DNA from: Thelocarpon superellum
Lineage: Eukaryota
Direction of reading: 5' to 3'
Assembly: GCA_026025795.1 (NCBI GenBank)
Contig: JAPEUG010000143.1
Span: forward strand, 1 to 37,793
DNA length: 37,793 bases
Shown here in pieces: positions 11,772 to 22,287 of the stretch. The position numbers and the translations under genes were made by a program. Every line of letters starts with the position of its first letter. Within the stretch, counting starts at the first letter, position 1. The notes beneath the pieces are model-generated. The model was given only the letters and a program-made list of their open reading frames with translations. It ran no database searches and was not told the origin of the DNA.

Positions 11772-13457
11772 ATGGGGTTCCTGTTCACCACCAGCGATGG
11801 GCGTCGCGCCCCTAACAAGACCCTGACCGTTGACGTCTACGCCAGCAAGCTGAAGCAAGGCCTGCTCTCCCCGGGCACCAAGTCGCTGGGCTTCAAGACC
11901 TTCGTCGAAAAGTCTCCCACGTCACCCTTCTTCCTAGACGAAGATCGCTATCTCGAGGCCTTCCACGCCGAGTGGGAATCTGCCGTGAAAGAAGTAGCCC
12001 CGACCTTTGGGTTCACGCTCGACGAGGCCTGGCAAGCCCTTGATCACGACTCGCCGGCATCCTCGCCGTCATCGACGAGCGAGCTCGACACCCCCGTCGA
12101 AGCACTCTCCCTACTCGATCCAGTCGTCGCCAACTCGGAGCCGCACGTCAACGCCCAGGTCAACGACTTCGCTGCCGCGATCTCACGCGCCCTGCACCAG
12201 TCCGCCGTGACCAAGTCTTTTGCCGCCGTCGCCGAAGCGGAACCGCACATCGTCGAGGTCAACGATTTCACAGCCTCCATCGGGCGCGCCCTGCACCAGT
12301 CCATCGAGACCAAATCCTTTACCCCCGTCCAATCTATGGCGACGCGCCCCACGCTCAAGGTCCATGATCTTCCCACCGCCAAGGCCGAGACGGTGTCTCC
12401 GGCCTCGGCCATCACGCCGTCGTCGGCCATGTCCCCCGGCTCCGTCGACCGCGCCGAACGCAAGCGCATGGTGCTGTCCAAGCTCCGCGAAGACGCTTAC
12501 CCTCTGCGTCACGAATGGGTCTTCTGGCATGAGAGGTTAGGCCGCCCATCTTCTTCCACGTCCGATGTCGCTGCTGTCGAGTCGTCTGCTGTGCTTGCCG
12601 CAATGAGCAAGAACGTGCGACGCGTGACTGTCCTGGGTGTCTCTGTGGACTCTCTTCACGGTCTTGCGAGCACTCCTGAGGGTCAGATGGCGCAACACCC
12701 GGGCGTGCTCCCCACGGCCTTCTCTCAAGAGTCTCGTTTCCTCATCTCGTCGGCTTTGACGAGTGTCATGCATGCGCTAACCGCTTCGATAGACATGATC
12801 ACGACGCCCGTTCCCCTATCGTGGGCAAGACCGGTGCCGCCCCGGCCTACGAGGAGACTCTGGTCCAGCTGATGACGGCGAGTACGGTGAAGAAGTTCTG
12901 GGAGACGACGAACAACTTCGACATTGCGACGATGAAGCTCCGTGACTCCTTCCATTTGTTCAAGAAGACGGTCAAGCCCGTGTGGGAGGACCCGCGCAAC
13001 GTCCGTGGTGGGAGTTGGACGTTTCGCTTGAACAAGAGCATGAGTGCCCAGGCCTGGACCCGCGTGCAGCTGATGGCGATTGGCGAAGCCCTGCAAGACG
13101 TGGTGGAGGCTGGTCCGTGTGCTTCCTCTCCGGCATCTTTGCCACCGCTGACCATGGCCGTGCACAGGCGACGATATCTGCGGCGTGTCCATTAGCGTGC
13201 GCTTCAACTCTCACCTCGTGTCGGTGTGGAATCGGGATGGCGCGAATCAAACGTCGGTCGACGCCATCAAGGCCAAGGTGCTCGAGGAGCTTCCCGAGGA
13301 GCTGCGTCCCACGCCAAACAACATCTACTACAAGAAGCATTCGGAGCACACAGGCTTCTCCGAGGCTGTGGCGGCCAGCAAGGCCAAGGCGGAGGCGGAG
13401 ACGGGAGGCGCGGGCCATCTCGTCACCACCACGATCGAGACGGTTCCGGAGGAATAG
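11772..13457 (+). CDS. eIF4E-family cap-binding protein (class II/4EHP-like) with long N-terminal extension; introns 12536-12792, 13113-13167
   Basis: 'YPLRHEWVFWHER..YEETL...STVKKFW...FHLFKKTVKPVWEDPRNVRGGSW...LMAIGEAL...DDICGVSISVRFNSHLVSVWNR...YYKKH'. Tyr stands at the W56-equivalent position. Confidence 0.88.
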
Positions 13458-13747
13458 AGTGGGGTGATGGTGATATCCTTGGGGGCACTGGACGGTGGAA
13501 AGGTGCATGGAGATGGTGATTGGCGGGGCCCCTGGCTCTTTTCGGACTGAAACGGAGTGCAAGTCTGCGGTCGAGACGGTGGTAGCATCTGTGAGGAGCC
13601 CTATGGAGAAGAACATGGCGATGGCGCTTTCCGTGTATTTACACGATGACCGGTCTGAATGAACCAGATTCTCTGCCTGCAAATGGTGAAGGACATGGAT
13701 GATGCGTCAACACAGATGAGTTGGCGGGATGCGACTCTAGAAGGGAA

Positions 13748-14631
13748 TCAAGTAAACACACCCGCTCGTCTCATGACGGCCTCAAAGTCATCGAACCGCA
13801 CGCCCCTCGCGGCCCCGACACCACCATTCGCCTCCGCCACCATGTCCTTGAGCTGGTCATCCGTCACCTCGTCCTCCTTCAACTCGGCCGCGACGCGGCG
13901 CAGATGCGCCATCGTGATCGGGCCCTCGCTTCCGCCCGTGAAGAGGCGGTAGGCGGCCCGGACCTCCTCGATCCGCGCCTGCTCCGCCTGCCGACCTGAC
14001 GACGATGCGCGCGCGTGCATCTTCAGCGCGCACACGGCAACGAAGGACTCGTAGGGTACTTCGCCAATGGACGTCGGGTCGACGGTCGATAGGATCTCTC
14101 GCATTTCTGCGCCATGGCTGGGTCGTAGGCCTATTGCACTATACGCCGTGCACACCATGCACCATTAGCTAGTTGTCCGCATTCCCCCCTTGCACGTACG
14201 TAGAGGGATGGATAGGATAAAGTGAGGAGGGGGGGGGGCAATGGTGAGATCAAAAGTGGTGAAATGGCCGACGAGGGCTGGATCTCCCAACTTCTCTTAC
14301 ACTCGGGTGCACCTCCTACGTACATCATGGCACGGCGAACATCGGACGTAGACAGCACCTCCCTCTCCTCTGGAAAATACTCTGATCCGGTCGCGGCGGC
14401 GAATAGCTGAAACGCTTCTTTGATCTCGGCCTCCTGCTCGGCAGAGATGTCGTTCTCGCGCGCTAGCTTGGACGGTGCTCGTGCTTTCTTCTCTTGCCCA
14501 CCTGCTTTCGCAGTGGTCACAGGTGCTCGTCGCTTGGCTGGCTAAGCAAAGCGCGTGAGCTCATGTCTGGTCACTACAGTGGAGTTGGAGAGGCGTAGAG
14601 GCCCAGAAAGGAGGGAGGGGAACAATACCAT
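13748..14631 (-). CDS. Centrin/caltractin-like EF-hand protein; exons 14631-14629 (ATG only), 14541-14324, 14138-13748
   Basis: 'MPAKRR...SKLARENDISAEQEAEIKEAFQLF...ILSTVDPTSIGEVPYESFVAVCALKM...EVRAAYRLFT...ITMAHLRRVAAELKE...LKDMVAEANGG...FEAVMRRAGVF', with degenerate EF-hands. Confidence 0.8.
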
Positions 14632-14872
14632 GGTGGATGTGTGTTGTATCAATCAAGCATGAAGATCTGTTGGTGGGACAGTGGGGTTGAAATCATGCCG
14701 TTATCATGGTGGCGTTCAATGTTTGGCTCGCAGACAATGCTTGTACCTCGCTCGTGCATTGCTTTCTTGGTAGCTATCGAACTTGAGTGTACGGATGTCA
14801 TGTTCCCTGCTATCTCGCTCATCTCGCCAGCAGCGAGTGAGGGGCGCTTTACCCGGCATGTTCTTGTACCCC

Positions 14873-14900
14873 CCTACGGGGCCTACGGGGCCTACGGGGG
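14873..14900 (+). repeat. 10-bp tandem repeat (CCTACGGGGG/CCTACGGGG, 3 copies) in the divergent intergenic region
   Basis: cctacgggg cctacgggg cctacggggg, read directly; the core unit is 9-10 bp. Confidence 0.75.
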
Positions 14901-15325
14901 TACGAATTGCTTTCGCTCCCACCCACACACACGCATTCTCGAGTAGGTCATCGAGCAACCCGTCGACCATGACCGCGAGTGGACCCTCGCTTTCTTTTTG
15001 GAGTGGTGCAAGCAGACGGCTCTCTACTGGCGGCAAAGGGTGCAGGCGTGACGCATTCCCCACCAATCGAGCACCCCTGCTGTACTGTGGTTGGCTAGTC
15101 CAGCAATAACGCCGCCACGAGAGCCAGGCAGACTGCCTTTGGCAGCCTTGTCCCTTATCAGCCTTGCCATGTCCAATGTAATGGCTCCCCAGCACCTGCT
15201 CAGCCAAAGCAACGCCGCCCGGGGAGGTCGGCGGCGAGATTCAGACCCTCCGCTGGACTCTCTCGTCACAAATACTGCCATCTTTCGTTTGCAATGTGTG
15301 ACATCCCTCTCCACGGGCGACCACA

Positions 15326-17155
15326 ATGTCTTTTGGCGTCGGCATCGGTGATGTCATAAAGCTCATCGAGTTGACCACACAGACCTATCAAGGGTGGAAA
15401 CATGCGTGCGGCAACTATGCCCAGGTCACGGCAGACCTGCATTCTCTCAAGATCGTGCTCGCCCGCCTGGCTGAGGAGATCAGCAACCCGTCGTCGCTCT
15501 CCGCCCGCCCGCGAGACGGACTCAACGACCTTCAGGGGATTACGGACCGATGCCAGAATGTCGTTGCCCGACTCAACAAGATCGTTACCAAATACAAAAG
15601 CCTCGGCAGCAATCAACAACGAAATTGGGATCGACTACGGCTGGGCAACAAAGGGATCAAAGATCTCCAGGAAATCCTCACCCGGCAGATGACTCTGCTG
15701 AATGCATATCTCAACCTGCTTGGCGTCAGCGCCGTGGGACGCGTAGAGAAAGGCATGGAGAAATTGCCCGACATCTGCCGTGCTATCGACAATGTCGCTG
15801 CCGAAATGCGGGCGGGCAAGCGGGAAGCATCGATCATGACCACATACGATGATGACGACAAGGCGGTGTGGCGCCAGTTCCGAAGAGATCTGGTCCACGA
15901 GGGATTCTCCAGCGACCTGCTTGTGAAGTTCAAGCCGCAGCTCAGGACCTACATCCGTCGACTTCAGCAGCGCGGTCTCCTAGACGAGGAGGAACCTGGT
16001 GCAAATGATGCTGAAACGGGGTATGCAGTCCGCTTCGTCCCCGCCCTTGAAAACCGCTGACAGGAGTTCATAGAGGCGGTAGAAGTCAATCCGCAGAGGA
16101 ACGGATTCCACAACGACGAGTGAGGTTTCGCTGTGACACTCCATTTGTTGTGCCGGGTGATCAGCGTCCTAGAAAGACCCGCGATCAGCGTCTTCAAGCT
16201 ACAGTCGAGACTGATGACTCTGAGGAGGGCGCCGGGGCTTCAAGCGGCCAACCTTCCCCCGAACCCACTTTGCGAACCTACCCCACAGTCTCCAATTCAG
16301 CTGAACCCACACCCACGGAGGCCCAGGAATCCCGGCCGCAGGAATCGCAGACGGACCAATCACGTATCCGAACCTTCCTAGAAGCGGCCGATTCAAGGGA
16401 GCGCAAGATAGCCACGCCGCCTTTCGGAGACACCGCATCTCAGCCAGATGAGCCTGGCAGCCAAGAATTGCCTGGTGCAATGTATAAGTGGTGTTCGTCT
16501 TGTCAGCGACTTCATCATTCATCGTGTTTTACCCAGCCATGTTGTATGAAGCGGCGTTCAGCTACTGCTAATGCAACGCGTCATACTAACAGCTCGTCCG
16601 ATACGCGCCACTACCGCCGCTTCGACGGTAGCCGACGGCCATATTCTTTCTGACCGTCTCGCCATATAGCCACGCCGGTCGGTTGCAAACCTAAAGCTCA
16701 CACCCTCAACCATCACCCGTGAGAATGAGCCACCTCCTCTGCCTGCCGGCTGGGAATGTCGGACAGACGAGGAGAATGGCCTCTTCTGCAATTACCTCTT
16801 CGCCGACATCAGCCCCAAGAGACGCTTCTGGTTGCCGCCCATCCCGGAGAAGCACCCGCACGAGCCTTGACCGTCCGGGTGGGCGCATGTTGAGACGACC
16901 TTCGGCGGCATTTTCTGGCGCTACGCGACAAGCGGTGTTGTCTCCTACGAGCATCCCGCCAGATCTGACAACATCCGCTTCGACGGGGCCTCCGACGTTG
17001 GCTTTCTGATCGGACCTGCGGGCCAGCTGGGCGATCGTGCTTGGTTTCGCTGGCAAGATGTGCCGAGGGGTTCGCGTGTGATCGACGATGCAGCAGTCGC
17101 GTGCCAGATCAGTGCGTGGGCGCTCACACCCGCCTACTGGCGCCCTGAATCGTGA
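15326..17155 (+). CDS. Uncharacterised protein: fungal N-terminal helical (SesA/STAND-N-like) domain, disordered linker, Cys/His motif and two WW-like domains; in-frame TGA at 16868-16870 (possible pseudogene or recoding). Introns 16021-16073, 16544-16592, 16628-16669
   Basis: 'MSFGVGIGDVIKLIELTTQTYQGWKHACGNYAQV...WDRLRLG...SIMTTYDDDDKAVWRQFRRDLVHEGFSS'. C-terminal exon reads 'PPLPAGWECRTDEENGLFCNYLF..RRFWLPP...EP*PSGWAHVETTFGGIFWRYATSGVVSYEHP...'. Confidence 0.7.
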
Positions 17156-17666
17156 TGAGGGTGCCAGATTGGTTCTCTAGTCTAGCAATGGCGAGCTGGG
17201 CATGAGATCGCCACCTATTGCTTCCCAAGTCCGGTCCAAATGTATCGTCATGCTGGCTTCATGGCAAGAGGACAAATTTGGCTTCCTTTTGGAACCGGAA
17301 ATCTAGACGTGACGAAGTCGTCACGGGATGTTTGTAGGTGTAAGTAGCTTGTCCGGTGTTGTAAGCGTACGGGCCCTGGATGCGACCTGCCCAGGAAGAT
17401 TTGACAGTCGTGTGTTGGGATGGTTGTAGCATGGCTGGAACTGGATCGGGATCGTAACTAGTTCTCAGATAAGATTAGATTCCGCTTGGTGACCCGCGCC
17501 TCACAACGCCACCATCCTGCCCAAGGCTGCCACTTACGTATGCGCTGGGGAATGATGAACGGTGGAAGGTCAACGTCTTCTCCGCAAGTCTCTTCATTTC
17601 TCACTGAATGCACCGACCTCCACCTCAGCCAAGAATCTTGAAGCCCAGGGCTCGTAGAAGCGTAAG

Positions 17667-19662
17667 ATGGAGGTTGAAGTATGGATCTACGACCTATCCA
17701 AGGTGAGCCTTCCCGGCGTACGAGCACGCGTACGCGTACGCAGTGAACAAGGCTGATGTACGTTTTGTCTGAAGGGGTTGGCATTGCAAGTACGTGCCAG
17801 TATGGTCCATCGCTACGGACAGTTCAGACACTAATGAAGCGCCTCCGTAGATGTCTCAAGCCATGTTTGGAATGACGGTCGAAGCCATCCACCACTCGTC
17901 CATCGTCATCGGCGGCCGAGAGTACTACTACGGCAACGGGATCCAAGTCGCCTTGCCTGGTATGACCCCACATGGTACGTCTGGAGCAGTCGCGTGGTAC
18001 GAGCCATCTGGTGACGCTAGAGCTAGGATCGCCCATGAGGGTGCTGCCGTTGGGCCTCACCCAGAAATCGGAGGATGAAGTCGCCCAGCACGTCGCCGAG
18101 CTGTCCAAGTCTTACACGCCCCAGGTACGAGGGAGTTGTGTCTGTCTCTACTGTTACCTTCTGACTCTTTGTCCTAGAATTACGACCTGATTCATCACAA
18201 CTGCAATAACTTTGCCGATGAATTGGCCCGGCTCTTGGTCGGGCATGGCATTCCTGAATACATCATCTCCACCCCACGGACCCTCCTCGCCACCCCTCTC
18301 GGCCAAGCACTGCGACCGCATCTGGATCAGATGATGAAATCCGTCAACGGGCAACCTCTCCAACATGGCGCCCGTCAGCTCGGACCCAGTGAAAGCACGC
18401 GTACTGGGAGGGCAGAGGAGTCTGTGCATCCCCCAAAGCCGTCTGGCAAGGTTCGAATTGTGTCCAGTGCGCGAGATCTGGATCCGCTCCTCATCAAGGC
18501 TGCCAAGACCGGGGCGGTCATCTTCTTCACCTCCTCGACCTGCCCACCCTGCAAAGTGTTGTACCCAGCGTATGATGAGCTGGCCGCGGAAGCGGGCCAT
18601 GCGCTCACGTTGATCAAGGTGGACATCAACAAAGCCTTTGATGTGGGGCAGAGATACGCAATTAGGGCGACGCCGACCTTCATGACCTTTTTGAAAGGAC
18701 GAAAGGAGAACACGTGGATGGGCGCCAACGAGAGCCAGCTGCGGGGGAATGTACGACTGCTGATGCAGATGGCACAACATCCGCATGCCTTGTTGGACCT
18801 CCCGATCCTCGCACGCGTGCGGCTGGAACCGGTCACGTATACGAAGATCCCCCCGTTGGATAAATTGGTTACGCGGCTGGGGAAGGCTGGGCATCATCCG
18901 GGGGTGATCTCGGTCCAGGGATTTGTGAAGGCGCGATATGTCGACGGAGAGAAGAACGTCCCACTTCCCGATCTTGGTTCATTCAGCCAATACCTTCAGC
19001 AGCCGATGGACGCGATGGATATCGACAACCTCTTTGCCGTCGTGGACCTGCTTCGAATCGCACTCATGGACGCACGTGTGGGCCAGTATTTTGCGCAAGA
19101 AGTTGAGCACGCAAGTCTCCGCGCTATCGTCCGATTCATCCACGGACCTCCGCAAGCGTCGATACCATACCCACTACACCTCGTGACGATCCAAGCGTCA
19201 TGTAATCTGTTCATGACGCCCTCGTTCCCACCGCAGATCCTCACCGAGTCCTACCTCACCGATGCCATGGTCAAGCTCTCCACCGAAGGCCTGCTCGATG
19301 CCCAGCATCCGGCGATCCGGGTGGCGGCCACGTCGCTCGCCTTCAACCTGGCCATCTTCAACTACCAGAGACGGGTGGAGGATGATGGCGACCTGCTACT
19401 GGAAGGTCCACAAGTGGAGTTGCTGGCGTCGTTGCTGGAAACGCTGGACCGCGCGACGGTGTCGGCAGAAGCGAGTCACGGCATCTTACTTGCCATAGCA
19501 TTCCTGATCTTTCGAGCACCCGAGAATGAGACGATCTGGGAACTGGTACAGGCGCTGGATGCACGAGGGACGATCAATCGAACGGTCAAGAAGTTTCCAG
19601 ACGAGACCTTGGCCAAGGAGATTAGCACGGTGTTACTGGGAAGGGGGTTTGGATCACAGTGA
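17667..19662 (+). CDS. PPPDE/DeSI peptidase-thioredoxin-PUL domain protein; includes a 15-nt micro-exon 17775-17789
   Basis: 'MEVEVWIYDLSK|GLALQ|MSQ...AIHHSSIVIGGREYYYG...YDLIHHNCNNFADE' gives the PPPDE His/Cys dyad. It is followed by thioredoxin 'FFTSSTCPPCK..IRATPTFMTF' and the PUL-like 'FAVVDLLR...RVAATSLAFNLA'. Confidence 0.88.
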
Positions 19663-19933
19663 TTAGATAAACGGCTTCAAGAGCGTCAGACTCAGTTTGA
19701 CGACGCATCGGGTTCGTGTACTTGTAGATGGAAGGGCCGTGGGGCGAGTGTGGTGACTGTCGCTCGCTTGCCGTATGACTGTCGCTGGACTGCCGGACTG
19801 CCGTCTGACCGAGGTGGACCCTCTCTCGGCAAGCTGCATACATGGTGACTGTGGTTCACCCCAATAATCGGCTCGAATGATTTAAACTTTCACGTCGTTG
19901 TTTACCTTTGGCGCCATCCGGCCTAGCGTCGTT

Positions 19934-22082
19934 ATGTATCTGTCCCAGCGACTGCGATATGCTGCTCTCCTCACCGACATCCACGACCGATTGACGAGCA
20001 TGAGCATGAGCATGAGCATGGCAGCGGCAGTGGATCCCCGCGCTCTGGAGCCCCGTGCCTTCGAGCCTCGTGCCTTTGAGCCCCGGGCCTTTCCCGGTGT
20101 CTCGGCCGACATGCGACCGCTCAAGTCCTCGGCGTCGTCCCCGTCGCTGCGATCGCGAGATTCGACCCTCGTTCCTATCAGTCGGCCCGAGACGCCGAAT
20201 GGTGGTGGCGGTGGTAATGTGAGGGTCGTCGTTCGTGTGAGAGCCTTTCTCCCCAGAGGTCCGTGTGTTCATCTTGCTGCCCCTTCCTCCGCCTCCTCCT
20301 CCGTCACATCACTCACCTCCGGCAGAGACCGAACGTGGGGCGGAATGTCTGGTAGAAATGGACCCGGCCTCGCAGGCCACGACCCTGCTGGTGCCCAACG
20401 CCATCGACCCGGCCAACAGTCGATCCAACAGCCGCAAGATCATGGAACCGAAGCATTTCACCTTTGACAACTCCTTCTGGTCGCACCGCACGGAGGATGA
20501 ACACTACGCACATCAGGCAGACGTGTACAACTGCCTGGGGGAGGAGTTTCTCGACCACAACTTCGAGGGCTATCATACGTGCATCTTCGCCTACGGGCAG
20601 ACGGGATCGGGTAAGAGCTACACGATGATGGGCGGGCCCGACCAGCCTGGCTTGATCCCGCGCACGTGTGAAGATCTCTTCCAACGGATCGAGTCCAACG
20701 CTTCGCCCAGCATCAGCTACAACGTGCGGGTCTCGTACTTTGAGGTCTACAACGAGCACGTGCGCGACCTGCTGGTGCCTCGACAAGATCCTCCGTACTA
20801 CCTCAAGATCCGCGAGTCGCCGACCGAGGGGCCGTACATCAAGGATCTGACGGACGCGCCGGTCAAGAACTTTTCCGAGATCATGCGATACATGACGATG
20901 GGTGACAACGTACGTGAGAGTCTTGTGGAAGGTCCCGGGCGAGCCGTCTAACGGGAACAGAGCCGGACGACAGCCTCGACCAAGATGAACGACACGTCGA
21001 GTCGCTCGCACGCCGTCTTCACCATCATGCTGAAGCAGATCCACCACGACATGGACACGGACGAGACGACGGAACGGACGGCGCGGATCCGGCTGGTGGA
21101 CCTGGCAGGATCGGAACGGGCCAAAGCGACAGAGGCCACGGGACAACGACTGCGGGAGGGGTCGAACATCAACAAGTCCCTGACGACGCTGGGACGGGTG
21201 ATTGCCGCGCTGGCTGACCCACGTCACGGGCGCGGCGGGCGCAAGAAAGACGTCGTGCCGTACCGCGACTCGATCCTGACCTGGCTCCTCAAGGACTCTC
21301 TGGGCGGCAATTCCAAGACGGCCATGATCGCGTGCATCGCCCCGTCCGACTACGACGAGACGCTGTCGACGCTCCGCTACGCCGACCAAGCGAAACACAT
21401 CCGCACCCGCGCCATCGTCAACCAAGACCACGTGTCCGCGGCGGAACGCGACGCGCAGATTGCCGACATGCAGGACACCATCCGCAGTCTGCAGCTCAGC
21501 GTGTCGCAGCATGCGGTCGCGAAGCGCGAGAACGACATGCAGACGCTGCAGCTGGAAGAGTATCAGAAACAGGTGGCCAAGATGCAGCGGCTGATGGAGG
21601 AAACGCGGCAAGTCAGCGAATGCAAGATCAAGGCGCTGCAGACGCAGAACGAGGCCTTGCGCCTCCACCTCAAACTCGCCGTGGACTCGCTCAAGAATCC
21701 CATCCGGGTGCTTCCACCAGGTGTGGACGACAAGGAGAATGTGGAGCGTGAGGAATACGACGAGCATGACGGGTCCACTGTCACGGGTTCTACCTGCACC
21801 AACAACACCACCACCACCACCTCCACATCATCTTCATCGACCACCGACCTCGACGCAGCAGAACAGGAGATGCAGCAACGCATGGAACACCTGCTACAGG
21901 ACCTAGGTCATTTCCGACGCAAGGTGAAGGATGATCATGTGCGCTTTCGGGGTGGTAGGACGAGTGGGGGTGTGGGTGAGAAAGGAGGAAGAAGGCGACG
22001 TCGCCAACAACCACAACGAGACGACCAAGGAACGGGAGAGAGGGGACCACAGCAGGCATTGGCTGAAGTTTGGGTCAACTGA
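19934..22082 (+). CDS. Short kinesin-3 family motor (UncB/Nkin3-like); introns 20259-20325, 20910-20960
   Basis: '[15 protein letters not shown]', 'FTFDNSFWS', P-loop '[14 protein letters not shown]', '[12 protein letters not shown]', 'LVDLAGSER', '[22 protein letters not shown]', then a short coiled-coil tail without recognisable FHA/PH domains. Start is 19934 or one of the downstream ATGs near 20000. Confidence 0.93.
20000..20092 (+). repeat. Coding tandem repeats: (ATGAGC)x3 followed by 4 x 15-bp (D/E)PRA(L/F)
   Basis: atgagc atgagc atgagc atg; gatccccgcgctctg gagccccgtgccttc gagcctcgtgccttt gagccccgggccttt. Confidence 0.85.
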
Positions 22083-22104
22083 CGAGCGAGCCGGGGAAAG
22101 TATC

Positions 22105-22140
22105 GACCGACCGACCGATTGATTGATTGATTGATTGATT
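22105..22140 (+). repeat. Compound (CGAC)n-(GATT)n microsatellite between convergent genes
   Basis: cgaccgaccgaccgattgattgattgattgattgatt. Confidence 0.9.
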
Positions 22141-22287
22141 AAGCGTTACGACTTGGACCGGGCCTTGCGTTACTTGTCAGTCAGTCACCTGACCCTACCT
22201 ACTGTACCAACTTGACTTGACTTGAATGACTTCTTGCGTTAAGATCCGTAAAGGTGGGACACCACACCGACCATTTCATCTCTTCCT

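Noticed and set aside
12660..12720. Possible TPP riboswitch (CTGAG motif) in the eIF4E-family intron
   Set aside because: The rest of the TPP aptamer consensus is absent and the host gene is unrelated to thiamine.
14641..15325. Several 85-163 aa ORFs in the divergent spacer
   Set aside because: They overlap on both strands with no homology cue.
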